DNA of 64,000 bases from an uncultured bacterium (lineage in GTDB: Bacteria; Babelota; Babeliae; Babelales; Vermiphilaceae): positions 1 to 64,000 of the forward strand of contig OY970212.1 in the NCBI GenBank assembly GCA_963713925.1, in the 5' to 3' direction. The notes beneath the pieces are model-generated. The model had not been told where the DNA came from, made no database searches, and saw nothing but the letters and a program-made list of their open reading frames with translations. Within the stretch, counting starts at the first letter, position 1. Every line of letters begins with the position of its first letter. This document shows, piece by piece, positions 30,463 to 40,504 of the stretch. The translations under genes and the position numbers were made by a program.

Positions 30463-31062
30463 ATGTTGTATGCGCTCGCCGGAATAGTAACCGAATATAC
30501 TTCGGACGCAATCGTCCTTGAATCTGGTTCCCTTTCTTTTGAAGTCGGCGTTCCTGATTTGGCTCAATTCCCTATCAATAAAGAGACTAAAATATACACA
30601 TACCTTCATTGGAACCAAGAGTCGGGGCCACAGTTATATGGTTTTGCTTCAAGCTTTGAAAAGATGGTTTTTACCCTCATCTTAAGCTGTTCAGGATGCG
30701 GACCCAAAATAGCACTTGCTCTCTTGGGAGAATTGGGCGCTCAACGATTTTTACATGCCATTCACGCTGCAGATGAGGCAGCGCTGACAAAAGTAAGCGG
30801 CATAGGTTCAAAAAAGGCTGAACAGATGATCGTGCATCTAAAGCACAAAGTTGCAAAGCTGGCTCTATCAGGCGCATTGACTGCGAATACAGGTAATCTA
30901 TCGGCACTTTCAACGGTCAATGATGCACTGCAATCGCTCAACTATTCAAAACCTGAAATTGCCCTAGCGATTAAATATGTACAGGAACAGGGAACATTTG
31001 CTCAAATGCCCTTTGATCAGCTCATGCGGCACGCGCTATCCTTTTTGGCAAAAAAGGCCTAG
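30463..31062 (+). CDS. ruvA: Holliday junction branch migration protein RuvA
   Basis: LYGF, SGCGPKIALA, VSGIGSKKAEQ HhH motifs; ALQSLNY C-terminal domain. Confidence 0.93.
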   Translation: MLYALAGIVTEYTSDAIVLESGSLSFEVGVPDLAQFPINKETKIYTYLHWNQESGPQLYGFASSFEKMVFTLILSCSGCGPKIALALLGELGAQRFLHAIHAADEAALTKVSGIGSKKAEQMIVHLKHKVAKLALSGALTANTGNLSALSTVNDALQSLNYSKPEIALAIKYVQEQGTFAQMPFDQLMRHALSFLAKKA

Positions 31063-31149
31063 AATGAATCAAATACCCTGTGCCTAAACTGCACGAGGAT
31101 CCCCGGCATGTTAATAATGAAATATCTTTGTAAATAAAAAGGCCTTTTT

Positions 31150-32487
31150 GTGCTCACCTATATTGGCGAATGTCTTGACGGTTTCTGCCGCTCATTTAAC
31201 TCATTTTTTGCAATACCTTCGACAATTCTTTTCTTTGTCGTAGCAGTATTTTTAACAATTAAAACGGGATTTGTGCAGTTTCGAGGGTTTCCACGCTTCA
31301 TACGCATATTGCTTGGCAAAACCGATGAGCATCCTGAGAGATCTCAATCTAAAAAAAGTACCATCAGTTCATATCATGCACTTTTTGCTGCAATGGCAAG
31401 CACGATTGGAATGGGTAATGTCGTTGGTCCATCTGTGGCGATTATGATCGGCGGGCCCGGGGCTTTGTTTTGGCTTTTAATTTATATATTCTTCGGTTCG
31501 GCAACTAAGTTTGCCGAAGTGACCTTCGCCGTTGCCACTCGCCGAGAAACTCCGCGAGGCCTCATTGGTGGTCCGATGGAATATTTAAGCGCTCTCAGCC
31601 CTTATTTGGCCCTGTGGTATTCAACAATCATGATTTTTTTATTCATGTCATGGTCGTCCCTGCAGTCAAATACATTGGCGGCAGTATTGCAGCTTGAATC
31701 AATATCGCCCGTGTATGTAGGCGTGGTATTGGCAGCAATAGCGCTTTTTGTTGTAACCGGCGGAGCACAACGAGTCGGTGATGTTGCAAGCAAATTAGTG
31801 CCTTTAATGTTCGTTTTGTATGTCAGTTTTGCGCTTTTTATTATTCTCTCCAATCCAACAACGCTCGTCATAGCCCTCAAACAAGTGTTTCATTATGCAT
31901 TCGCCAAATCTGCGCCATTCGGTGCATTTTTAGGGGCCGGTGTTATGCAGGCGATGCAGCAGGGGATTTATCGCAGCATTTTCATCACAGAAGCTGGGCT
32001 TGGCACTTCCTCCATTCCGCACTCAATGGCTGATGTAAAGCATCCGGTTGATCAAGGCCTGCTCGCTCTTTTCTCTATGGCCTCCGACGCACTGCTTGCA
32101 ACCCTTTCAGGGCTCATTGTGTTGGTGACCGGTGTCTGGCAGACTGGGATTTTCAGAAGCACCTTAATTTACGAAGCATTTGCGATTAACGCTCCCTGGT
32201 ATGGCAAATATGTCTTGCTCGTGAGCATTGGATTATTTGTGGTCACCACCGTCATCGGAAACACCTTTAATGGCATGCAAAGCCTATCCTCATTTGCATC
32301 GCTTCGCGTTGTGAGAATCTATATTCGCATTACTGGGCTTGTCATCTTTGCCGGAGCGCTCCTGCCCGTGCAATCAATGTGGAATATTATGGATGTCCTG
32401 CTCACGCTAGCAGCTATCCCCAACGTGATTGGCCTGGTTATTTTGGCGCTAAAATATCCCAAGACGCTGAGCCTCTCAAAGAAGTAA
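31150..32487 (+). CDS. alanine/glycine:cation symporter (AGCS family)
   Basis: IGMGNVVG, GGPGALFW, GGPMEY, TEAGLGTS, AAIPN motifs. Confidence 0.92.
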   Translation: MLTYIGECLDGFCRSFNSFFAIPSTILFFVVAVFLTIKTGFVQFRGFPRFIRILLGKTDEHPERSQSKKSTISSYHALFAAMASTIGMGNVVGPSVAIMIGGPGALFWLLIYIFFGSATKFAEVTFAVATRRETPRGLIGGPMEYLSALSPYLALWYSTIMIFLFMSWSSLQSNTLAAVLQLESISPVYVGVVLAAIALFVVTGGAQRVGDVASKLVPLMFVLYVSFALFIILSNPTTLVIALKQVFHYAFAKSAPFGAFLGAGVMQAMQQGIYRSIFITEAGLGTSSIPHSMADVKHPVDQGLLALFSMASDALLATLSGLIVLVTGVWQTGIFRSTLIYEAFAINAPWYGKYVLLVSIGLFVVTTVIGNTFNGMQSLSSFASLRVVRIYIRITGLVIFAGALLPVQSMWNIMDVLLTLAAIPNVIGLVILALKYPKTLSLSKK

Positions 32488-32599
32488 TTCCTTCTCGTAA
32501 TAAGCTTTTTGCCAGCCTGTCAAAGATTTGCTAATATAAAATAGATGCTAATTTAATAAATGGGATTCCAGGTAGGCTTGGATATTATGGGGGTAACCT

Positions 32600-33451
32600 A
32601 TGAAAAAATTATTCTACTCTTTTTCGCTTGCCACATCGATAATCTTTGGCGCTGGAAAACGACAAAGTGCTCAATTTTCGATGAATGCAAAAGATTTTAT
32701 GAACATGGGCTTTGATGCGGTTGGCTGGGCAGGATTCTGCGCCGGAGTAAAGATAGGCGTACTAGAATATGAAGCTTTCAAAGCGGTCTATTCTTCGCTC
32801 ACTAACCAGCAGATAACATTGGCCGATTTTCGAAACCCTGAAAATCTCAATCAGGAAGTCATTGGGGCTTTGATCTCGGGTCGATTTGATAGATTTGAAT
32901 CAATGAACATAGGCGATTGGAGAAAATACCTTACTTGCGTCGGCCCGTCTCGTAATGAATTCGCTCTCAATGCGCTTGCAGGTGCAAGTTCTTGGCTTGT
33001 CAAAAATAAAATGCGGCCTATCATGCATGATGTCGTGCAGCGAGCCCCAGCCTCTATGGAAAAATATTCTCCCGCTTTAACAAAAAAAGATATTGTAGAT
33101 TTAGCGACTGAAGCAGTAGAAGCGTCGACACAATCAATAATCGCATATCGAGGTATAAAACCGCGCGCGCTGTGCTCGAGCATGACCAAGCGTATCGTTA
33201 GTCGATATATATGTAACAAAATAGAGCAGGGAGCAAGCAGCTTCAATGAAAAATTGCATATAATGGATCCAAATAGTCGAAAATATAAAATAGTGCGGTC
33301 ACTTGGCAAAAACGGATTAGAGCTTGCGACATGGTATCTCGTTTCGGGTGTCGTGAATAAATTCATGCCGAACCAACCTCAACAAGGTGATAATGACGAG
33401 GCCAGAATAGACGATCTCAGGGTTGCTTATGATCAAGGTCAAGTGGCTTAG
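32600..33451 (+). CDS. secreted hypothetical protein, tandem paralog 1
   Basis: MKKLFY signal; SPALTKKDIVDL motif shared with neighbours. Confidence 0.65.
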   Translation: MKKLFYSFSLATSIIFGAGKRQSAQFSMNAKDFMNMGFDAVGWAGFCAGVKIGVLEYEAFKAVYSSLTNQQITLADFRNPENLNQEVIGALISGRFDRFESMNIGDWRKYLTCVGPSRNEFALNALAGASSWLVKNKMRPIMHDVVQRAPASMEKYSPALTKKDIVDLATEAVEASTQSIIAYRGIKPRALCSSMTKRIVSRYICNKIEQGASSFNEKLHIMDPNSRKYKIVRSLGKNGLELATWYLVSGVVNKFMPNQPQQGDNDEARIDDLRVAYDQGQVA

Positions 33452-33464
33452 GATAATAACATTC

Positions 33465-34256
33465 ATGAAAAAGCTATTATATCTTTCGCTATCCTTCTTT
33501 CCAGCTCTTTTTGCATCTGAAAGTGATCAATTCACGTCGAAATTGCCAAACATTCGATCATATTATGCGGTGAATCGTTATTTAAACAACAATCAAAAGA
33601 ACATTCCATTTTATGTGAATGCGCTCAGAAACATATTGACAATTGAAGATGTTTTTGACGGCATAATCTATGCGGCAGTGAATAAAGGCATGAGTAAAAT
33701 GGTTGATCGCACAATGCCTTCTTCAAATAAATCAACTGTCACCATGAAAAGCTTATTTATTGAAGGATTGTTACTAAACAAATCATCTCAATTAATAAAT
33801 TACGTATTTGAAAAGCGAATATCGGCGAATGTTTCTAAAAAAATAGAGTTTTTAAGCCCTATTATTAGTAAAAAAGATCTACAAGACTGCCTAAATGCCG
33901 GTTCGTATGCTGCAATAGAACAAATTATGAAAGATCGTAAATTTGTCGCACCACATATTAAACGCGAAGTTCTTAAATCTATTGCAAAAAAATTCATCCG
34001 TAACAAAATCGGATCGGGAGTTAAAGCAATTAATACAAAATTCAATATTATTGATCAGAACAATGCTTTTTATGCGCCTACAGCCACACTCGGATATGCA
34101 ACTTTATTTTTGACACTTGAGACCATTGATTTTGTGTTATCAGATGATTTTGCAAAGACATTTATAACCACAAGTGGGGCCAATTTGGTCAAAAATGAAA
34201 TGATATTACGAATATTGATAGAAAATTATTATATGAATAAAAAAAAATCAAACTAA
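33465..34256 (+). CDS. secreted hypothetical protein, tandem paralog 2
   Basis: MKKLLYLSLSFFPALFASESDQF; SPIISKKDLQD motif. Confidence 0.65.
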   Translation: MKKLLYLSLSFFPALFASESDQFTSKLPNIRSYYAVNRYLNNNQKNIPFYVNALRNILTIEDVFDGIIYAAVNKGMSKMVDRTMPSSNKSTVTMKSLFIEGLLLNKSSQLINYVFEKRISANVSKKIEFLSPIISKKDLQDCLNAGSYAAIEQIMKDRKFVAPHIKREVLKSIAKKFIRNKIGSGVKAINTKFNIIDQNNAFYAPTATLGYATLFLTLETIDFVLSDDFAKTFITTSGANLVKNEMILRILIENYYMNKKKSN

Positions 34257-34271
34257 AAAGACCGCATATCT

Positions 34272-35106
34272 ATGAAAAAGCTATTATATTTTTCCACTTT
34301 CATCTTTTCAACTGCCTTTTCATCTGAAATCAATCAACTCACAGCCGAAGTTTTGGGTATGAGTCTTCTTTATCAAAAAATGACCCCGGCAAAAATAGTC
34401 AAATATCAAGCTCTCGCGGGAACAATGCATAAGCCAAGAATTGCTATCATGTGTGAGGATGAAAGATTATACAGAGATCGAATACATCTCTATGAAAAAG
34501 TTCGAGGCATACATGATAAAATACGATACGAGTTACCAGCCTACTTGTGGATGGGGGTATTCATCCGACGTATCATTTCTATGACGGGAAAAGCACGCTA
34601 CGAAGATGTCGTTATGAATGATGGATTTAGAGAAACAATGTTCGTTCTAGCAGATACGCCCATATGGATGGTTCCTCATCCCGAATTTGGAAAACCATCA
34701 TTCAAAATGAATGATCATGTGCAAGTAACTGACAAAGATATTAAATATGCTCTGATAGCCGGAGCAATTGCGGGTGGAAACGCAAATTGCATTTGACAAA
34801 GCAATTATTCCCTCACATGTTGCAAAAGAAATGGCCCACACAACTATCTCTCATCTCATTTGCAATAAGATTAGCGCAGCCATCTACGATTTAAATGGTA
34901 CATACGGAATCGTTAAACCATGGACATCGACTTATTCTATTGCTGCTGCAACAGGAAATGTCGTACTCCCAATTATTATAAGACAATTAGTCGGCACCAT
35001 AATTGGAAGAGCCCCCGTTACAGTTGATGGAGAACTGCTCTATCGGAGCTGGGCTCATGATGATCCAGCAAAAAAGATTAATGTAAAATTTACAATGCCG
35101 CGATAA
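34272..35106 (+). pseudogene. tandem paralog 3, split by a frameshift near 34770-34778
   Basis: ORF 34272-34796 supplies MKKLLYF...TDKDIK and ORF 34768-35106 supplies the family C-terminal half (ICNKI); joined length matches paralogs. Confidence 0.6.
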
Positions 35107-35119
35107 CTCACAAGGGTTT

Positions 35120-36016
35120 ATGAAAAAGCTATTATATTTCTTTATTCCGACTTTCTCAATACTCATCGGATCTGAATCGGATCAATTCGAAGCAATATTG
35201 CCACAAATTCGAACGCTATATGCCACAAATCGCTTCAGAGAACAACTGGAGAGAGGATACGAGTACCGCGAAGCATTAAAACAAGAATTACCAAAAAATG
35301 CTTCTGTAAAAACAAGCCTTAAAAAGGCATTGCAAAATATAGTAACGCTGCAAGATATCAAAACGGCGATTATGCCGACAATAGGCGGATATCTCTATGA
35401 CAATCAAAGCGAGCTCATCGCAAACACAAGGCATCTCATTTTTGGCAATGCTCCGCTCATGTCTCGATTGTTTATATGTCATTATAATGGCAAAGATGCC
35501 TTTCCTTGGATAACAAACACTTTTTTTACAACATTGGCACAAAATAAAATTCTCCAATTACGCGGTGAAATTGATACGATTATTCCAAAAAAAGTCACCC
35601 AAAAAATAAATTATTTAAGCCCGTTACTTACCCAAAAAGATATTCTTGATTTGGCGGCGGCCGGAGCTCAGGTGACAGCAAAACAAGCGATCAAACAGCG
35701 CACTATTGCTCCAAAGTTTGATGATCGTATGAAAAAAAAGCTTGCGCTTGCCCTAACTGCTCAATATGCCCACAATAAAACAAAGGATGGACTTAAATAT
35801 CTCAACAAAAAATTTGAAATATATTCTCCGGAGGCGCTGGAAAGTATACTTAACAATGAGATTGTTGATCTCGTACTCTATGCGGGTGTAAACATGTGTG
35901 TTAGAAAGACAGTTACAACATGCTTAAGGATTTCCGATAACGTCAAGATGCAAAGAGAGCGCGCGCGGCAAAGAAGTGCTCGGATAGATCTCTTATGGCT
36001 TCAATCGGAGATTTAA
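35120..36016 (+). CDS. secreted hypothetical protein, tandem paralog 4
   Basis: MKKLLYFFIPTFSILIGSESDQF; SPLLTQKDILDL motif. Confidence 0.65.
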   Translation: MKKLLYFFIPTFSILIGSESDQFEAILPQIRTLYATNRFREQLERGYEYREALKQELPKNASVKTSLKKALQNIVTLQDIKTAIMPTIGGYLYDNQSELIANTRHLIFGNAPLMSRLFICHYNGKDAFPWITNTFFTTLAQNKILQLRGEIDTIIPKKVTQKINYLSPLLTQKDILDLAAAGAQVTAKQAIKQRTIAPKFDDRMKKKLALALTAQYAHNKTKDGLKYLNKKFEIYSPEALESILNNEIVDLVLYAGVNMCVRKTVTTCLRISDNVKMQRERARQRSARIDLLWLQSEI

Positions 36017-36018
36017 AA

Positions 36019-36681
36019 ATGAATATCAAACCAATTTTTTATGCCGCCTTATGCGCTCCATTTTTTGCAAACGCACAATTTTCATATATTGATATTGTTA
36101 ATGCAGCATGTATGAGCGCGGCACAACAAAGTGCAGCGTCCTCTCTCCCTCTTGTTGCTGAGAAATTGAAACACCCAAATGATCAATTTGGGCTTCCTCC
36201 CGCTCTGCAAAAGATTGGGCCATATGCGGTAACCCTCACATATGCTTTTTTTATCAGCGCTATTGCAAAAGCTGATGCAAGACAGAATGCAAGCGCCATC
36301 TCATTTAGTCGCTATAAAAAAAATATCGCACAAACAGTTGTGGGTGCTGGCATTGGTTGCATCGGCACAGAGCTGATTGATCGAGCGCTCAATAAATTGG
36401 GCTATGGACAAGATAGTATGTATGTTCGTCCGGCAGTTCTTTTTGCAGGATCAGTAGGGGCTCAATTGGTAGGCCAAATGATTGCATCAAAAATAATGGA
36501 AAAACAGGCAGAACAGACAGAATTGTTAGAGGGTCTCAATTTATTGTCGACCCAACGAGCTTATTTACAACAACGTCTTAATAATGCTTTTGCGCTAAAC
36601 CGTGCCATTTCAGCCTTATGTAGCAATCCTGTACGTCATCCAAATTTCTCGAGATATAATCTCCGCAGAAACCTTTGGTAA
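36019..36681 (+). CDS. hypothetical exported/membrane protein
   Basis: MNIKPIFYAALCAPFFANA signal; Gly/Ala-rich helices; GGAG RBS. Confidence 0.55.
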   Translation: MNIKPIFYAALCAPFFANAQFSYIDIVNAACMSAAQQSAASSLPLVAEKLKHPNDQFGLPPALQKIGPYAVTLTYAFFISAIAKADARQNASAISFSRYKKNIAQTVVGAGIGCIGTELIDRALNKLGYGQDSMYVRPAVLFAGSVGAQLVGQMIASKIMEKQAEQTELLEGLNLLSTQRAYLQQRLNNAFALNRAISALCSNPVRHPNFSRYNLRRNLW

Positions 36682-36748
36682 AATTTGTTATCTGAAGATC
36701 ATTTCGTTATAATAATCTTTATTCAATTCTGAAAAATCCACAATTTTT

Positions 36749-36822
36749 GTGCCCGTAGCTCAGCTGGATAGAGCGACGGACTTCTAATCCGTAGGTCGTT
36801 GGTTCGACTCCAACCGGGCACA
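36749..36822 (+). tRNA. tRNA-Arg (TCT), CCA not encoded
   Basis: GTGCCCG/CGGGCAC acceptor stem, TAGCTCAGCTGGATAGAGC D-arm, ACGGA-CTTCTAA-TCCGT anticodon arm, GGTTCGACTCC T-arm. Confidence 0.97.
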
Positions 36823-36883
36823 ATAGGCTTTTTCCCAAGTTATGTTCCACTGAGGGCTCAATTACGCTAAATTCACAACACTC

Positions 36884-37369
36884 TTATTTATTCAATCGTT
36901 TCACATATACATCTAAAACAAAGCTGTCATTTTCATCATCTTCATCAAACTCATCAACTTCTTCTATAACATCGCCCTCTAGAATGAATTGATTGTTCAT
37001 ATCCAAGAAAGCTTGAAGTATTCCAGAATAGTTCTTTACAATATTGACTTTGCATGCAAAAGGCAAGGCTGTAGCAGGTGTTTGAGAAAGTACATTGAAT
37101 CGCAGCTGTAGTACTTGTGGATCAAGCCATAAATAAAAAAGGGCTGGCGTGAGTGGATATTTTTTTATGACAATTTCCGAATAATGTTTTAAAAGTTTTT
37201 CAATGAAATGCGACAAATTATCCAGATTTATTACGTAAAAGGCATCTTTTTCGAATGAAAGTGCCCACATATTATGTTCTATTTCATCCTTTTGATTGCG
37301 ATTAAGGAGAATCTGATCTTCAAATACCGTGTTCAAATCAGATAATTTGTGAATGGCTAAGTAATTCAT
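36884..37369 (-). CDS. putative immunity protein
   Basis: acidic 161-aa ORF overlapping the toxin stop (ATGA); FYLWLD...QLRF...LPFAC motif. Confidence 0.6.
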   Translation of the reverse strand: MNYLAIHKLSDLNTVFEDQILLNRNQKDEIEHNMWALSFEKDAFYVINLDNLSHFIEKLLKHYSEIVIKKYPLTPALFYLWLDPQVLQLRFNVLSQTPATALPFACKVNIVKNYSGILQAFLDMNNQFILEGDVIEEVDEFDEDDENDSFVLDVYVKRLNK

Positions 37370-39168
37370 TTAAAGATAACCTCCTTAAATGGAATAGATA
37401 AGCCAATAGGACCCTTATGCTTCGCTAAAATTGGCAATCCTCGCAAATCAGCGTCATATTGCCATTCAAAACTAGTAGAACCTTTTTTGAAGACTTTAGA
37501 ATGAGGACCTCCATGACCAGCCGTATCTCTTGACCACCACAACCCAGTTGCCGGATCACGATACAAATTACCAAATCGTTTTGAGCGAACTTTTTTGTCA
37601 GATCGTTTCTTCAATTTTTTAAAGAAATCATCTTCATCATCGTCATCCTCAGGATCTTCAGGAGGAATAAAGCTTCCTTTTTTTACTTTAGCCTCAGTAA
37701 GTTCTTTTGCAATTTTTGATTCACGATTTTTATTCAAACGATTATTAGTCTCATTCTTTAGATAATTAACATTGTAGTTTCTTCGAATAAGAGCCTCTTC
37801 ATTAACTCCTTGCCTTTCGATATTTGTCTTTCTCTCTTGGCAAATGAATTCTTCAGTAGATTTAATGTTTGATTCTTGCTGGCTGATGATTTTATCTATA
37901 TTGGTTGTTTGTTTTAAAATCGAAGCATTTGCCCTATCTCTATAGTACGCAACAGCAAGTCTTAACTCATAGTTCCTATTTTCAATATTTTTAAGTATCT
38001 CTTCTAGCTTGAGATGAATTTCTTGATACTGATAAACAATCATATGATTGGACAGATTTGTTCGATTATTGTTCCAATCACGAACTGCTTGTTCAACCGC
38101 GGGGCTAATGTCTGTAAATTCTTTAATCGCGTTATCTCTTGCCACAATCAATTCATTAAAATGAAACGATAGCGTGATTTGAAGGTCTATGATTTCTTGC
38201 TCTAATCGTGTTAATTCATACTCTCGTGTTATCCTCAAGTTAATTCTTTGATCATCGGTAAGTATATTTTCTTGATCAAATGATGGCTGTATAAATGCCA
38301 AGTCTTTTGCAATGCTATTCTGGGCAAGAAATGAGTATGAAAAACTCAAAGGATTGTTTCTTCTATAAATATTAGTAAAATTTTCTAGTCCACTTATTAT
38401 GTCAGCAAACTGTTTCTTCAGCGTAATCAGCTCAGCTCGCCTCATATCAAAATATTGACGCTCGCTCAAGTCAGCCTTTATATTCAATTTACTCAAATCA
38501 CTATCAATGCAATTTTTTTCCTTAATCATTTGCCATGTATTAACGGCTATAACAGTCAATGCTAATGTTGTTCCTACTGTCAATAAGATAGGATTGTAAA
38601 GAACAATTGAACCAATAATTATCATTGATGATGGGTTTGAAACAACATCCATATTATGAACACAAATGTCCTTTTCTGAGACAAAAAACACATGGTCATC
38701 AACTGTGAGAGCATAACATTCAACATGATCATCTACTATCTCTATTGAATCGACCCGTCCGTTCAATGCCGATTTGCCTAAGCAAACATCAAGCTGACTC
38801 AGCTCCTTTGCTTTCATCCAAGAATTTTGACCTGGGAGATAAAATTTTTGATCTAAAGCAGCCCTGATAATTTCGTTTTTTAAGATAACATTTAGATATT
38901 TTGAAATGTTTCTTTTTGTAATGCAAACAACTTGTTTGTCTGAATCGTTTCCAATTACAAACTCGCCGATCTTTATATCCTCTATGGATTTATAACCACC
39001 TGGAACTTTGATTTGTGTTCCAGCTAAGAATCCCTCTTGAGAACCAAAATCTTGAGCGATTGAACAATCAATTGTTTTTGATTCTTTTTTAATCAGATCT
39101 CCGAAATCTTGAGATGATACTGCTGATGATAAAAAACTCAATATTAAGACTAAAAACTTGGATGACAT
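37366..39168 (-). CDS. secreted polymorphic toxin with N-terminal Hint domain and putative RNase tip
   Basis: signal peptide; Hint GFLAGTQI...CVHN (aa 46-172); hydrophobic segment; helical region; PPEDPEDDDD linker; tip WWSRDTAGHGGPHSKVF...KHKG reminiscent of Ntox21/colicin E3-like motif. Confidence 0.8.
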   Translation of the reverse strand: MSSKFLVLILSFLSSAVSSQDFGDLIKKESKTIDCSIAQDFGSQEGFLAGTQIKVPGGYKSIEDIKIGEFVIGNDSDKQVVCITKRNISKYLNVILKNEIIRAALDQKFYLPGQNSWMKAKELSQLDVCLGKSALNGRVDSIEIVDDHVECYALTVDDHVFFVSEKDICVHNMDVVSNPSSMIIIGSIVLYNPILLTVGTTLALTVIAVNTWQMIKEKNCIDSDLSKLNIKADLSERQYFDMRRAELITLKKQFADIISGLENFTNIYRRNNPLSFSYSFLAQNSIAKDLAFIQPSFDQENILTDDQRINLRITREYELTRLEQEIIDLQITLSFHFNELIVARDNAIKEFTDISPAVEQAVRDWNNNRTNLSNHMIVYQYQEIHLKLEEILKNIENRNYELRLAVAYYRDRANASILKQTTNIDKIISQQESNIKSTEEFICQERKTNIERQGVNEEALIRRNYNVNYLKNETNNRLNKNRESKIAKELTEAKVKKGSFIPPEDPEDDDDEDDFFKKLKKRSDKKVRSKRFGNLYRDPATGLWWSRDTAGHGGPHSKVFKKGSTSFEWQYDADLRGLPILAKHKGPIGLSIPFKEVIFK

Positions 39169-39531
39169 AACTATCTTCGTTGTAATGTGTAATAAAAATA
39201 ACTGACGAGAATACTAGTAAAAAATCTCTCATTCGTAAAGTTTGATTGCACCTTGCTTAACAATAGTTCCTAGTAAATAACACTTGCTCAATAATTGTTT
39301 TGTTAATATCTTCAAATGAAAAAGTTCTAAAATACTCCGACAGGGCACACCATACTTCGCTCACAAGTGAGCTACGTATGGCTGGCTAGTTTCTTCAGAG
39401 GAAGAACCAACAATGTTGACAGAGCAATCGTAGGATATCTGCGATAGTTTGCCCAGCCAAATTTGATCACAAGTGAAGCAATTGCGTAACCTAAGAAGAA
39501 CTGAATCAATTACTCCTTCTTAGATACTTAT

Positions 39532-39825
39532 TTATTTTTTCTTTACCGGGAAATTTGGTAAATACTCTGCAAACCATTCTTCTACGGTCATGCCGTCAAT
39601 CAAGTCATTTTTTTCTGGCTCTTCTATTTTACCCTTGTAGTGCTTTTCGAGAAACGAGTCTAATTTATCAAGCGTTCTCCAGGAAACTTTCTCGCTTTTT
39701 AATAATTTCCATAAAGTAGCAATCGACATGGATGTTTTTCTTGCAATTGAATTTCTCGTTTCATATTGATTATCTAGTAAAAAAACTATGTTTTTTCTAA
39801 TTAAATTGTCTCGTTCGTTCTTCAT
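39532..39825 (-). CDS. small helix-turn-helix-like protein
   Basis: RNSIARKTSMSIATLWKLL...VSWRTLDKL resembles an XRE-type HTH. Confidence 0.5.
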   Translation of the reverse strand: MKNERDNLIRKNIVFLLDNQYETRNSIARKTSMSIATLWKLLKSEKVSWRTLDKLDSFLEKHYKGKIEEPEKNDLIDGMTVEEWFAEYLPNFPVKKK

Positions 39826-39852
39826 ATACAGGAAATTTCACATTAAATTTTT

Positions 39853-40214
39853 CTAGTGACGCACAGCCATACGAATGATGCGGATAGACTGCTCAGTTGC
39901 GACAGTAAAGTTATTATCTAGTTCCAAGCTATGCTCAACCAGCACTTTGCTTAGAACAGCTATCGTGCGATCAATTTCCCAACTCAACACACGAAGCAAA
40001 ATAATTCCCGCATGAGCTCGATTACTTCTAAAAACAATGTCGCGGAATCTTTATCCATCGTAACCAATATTCTATTCTCCGAGAAGGCTTTATGAAGCAC
40101 TTGCTCATCGGGGATCCCTGAAGATGTCTCAACTATAGCAACCACATCGTGATCATGGAGCCTCAACCAGTCAACAACCCTATGGTCAACACATTCATCC
40201 ACGAGAAACTTCAT
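39853..40214 (-). pseudogene. DUF5615 PIN-like toxin, frameshifted
   Basis: MKFLVDECV...DEQVL...RILVTMDKD; after a 1-nt loss near 40042-40047 the other frame continues DIVFRSNRAHAGIILLRV to a stop at 39853. Confidence 0.8.
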
Positions 40215-40220
40215 CTGCTA

Positions 40221-40457
40221 CTACCTCGCAATTGATGGCGCATATACAGAATTATTGATTGCTTGTTGCGCAAAAAGGAGGCATGCATAAATATCTTCTC
40301 TGGTAATATGCGGGTACCCCTTGAGGATATCCTCATATGTTGCGCCTTGTCCAAGCAAACCCAAAATCAGCTCGACTGTTATTCGCGTTCCTTTTATAAC
40401 GGGCTTACCCACCATAATTTTGGGGTCGATAATAATTCTTCCTAAATTATCTTTCAT
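40221..40457 (-). CDS. DUF433 antitoxin-like protein
   Basis: RIIIDPKIMVGKPVIKGTRITV...YPHITREDIYACL. Confidence 0.92.
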   Translation of the reverse strand: MKDNLGRIIIDPKIMVGKPVIKGTRITVELILGLLGQGATYEDILKGYPHITREDIYACLLFAQQAINNSVYAPSIAR

Positions 40458-40504
40458 AAGTTAACACTTTCTTTAGAAAAACATGTCATCATACTATTAT
40501 AAAT

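Larger units (their letters stand above)
36807..39352. mobile_element. tRNA-Arg-integrated toxin/immunity islet (no integrase)
   Basis: flanked by imperfect direct repeat ACTCCAACCGGGCACA (36807-36822) and ACTCCGACAGGGCACA-CCA (39334-39352), 14/16 identical. Confidence 0.6.
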
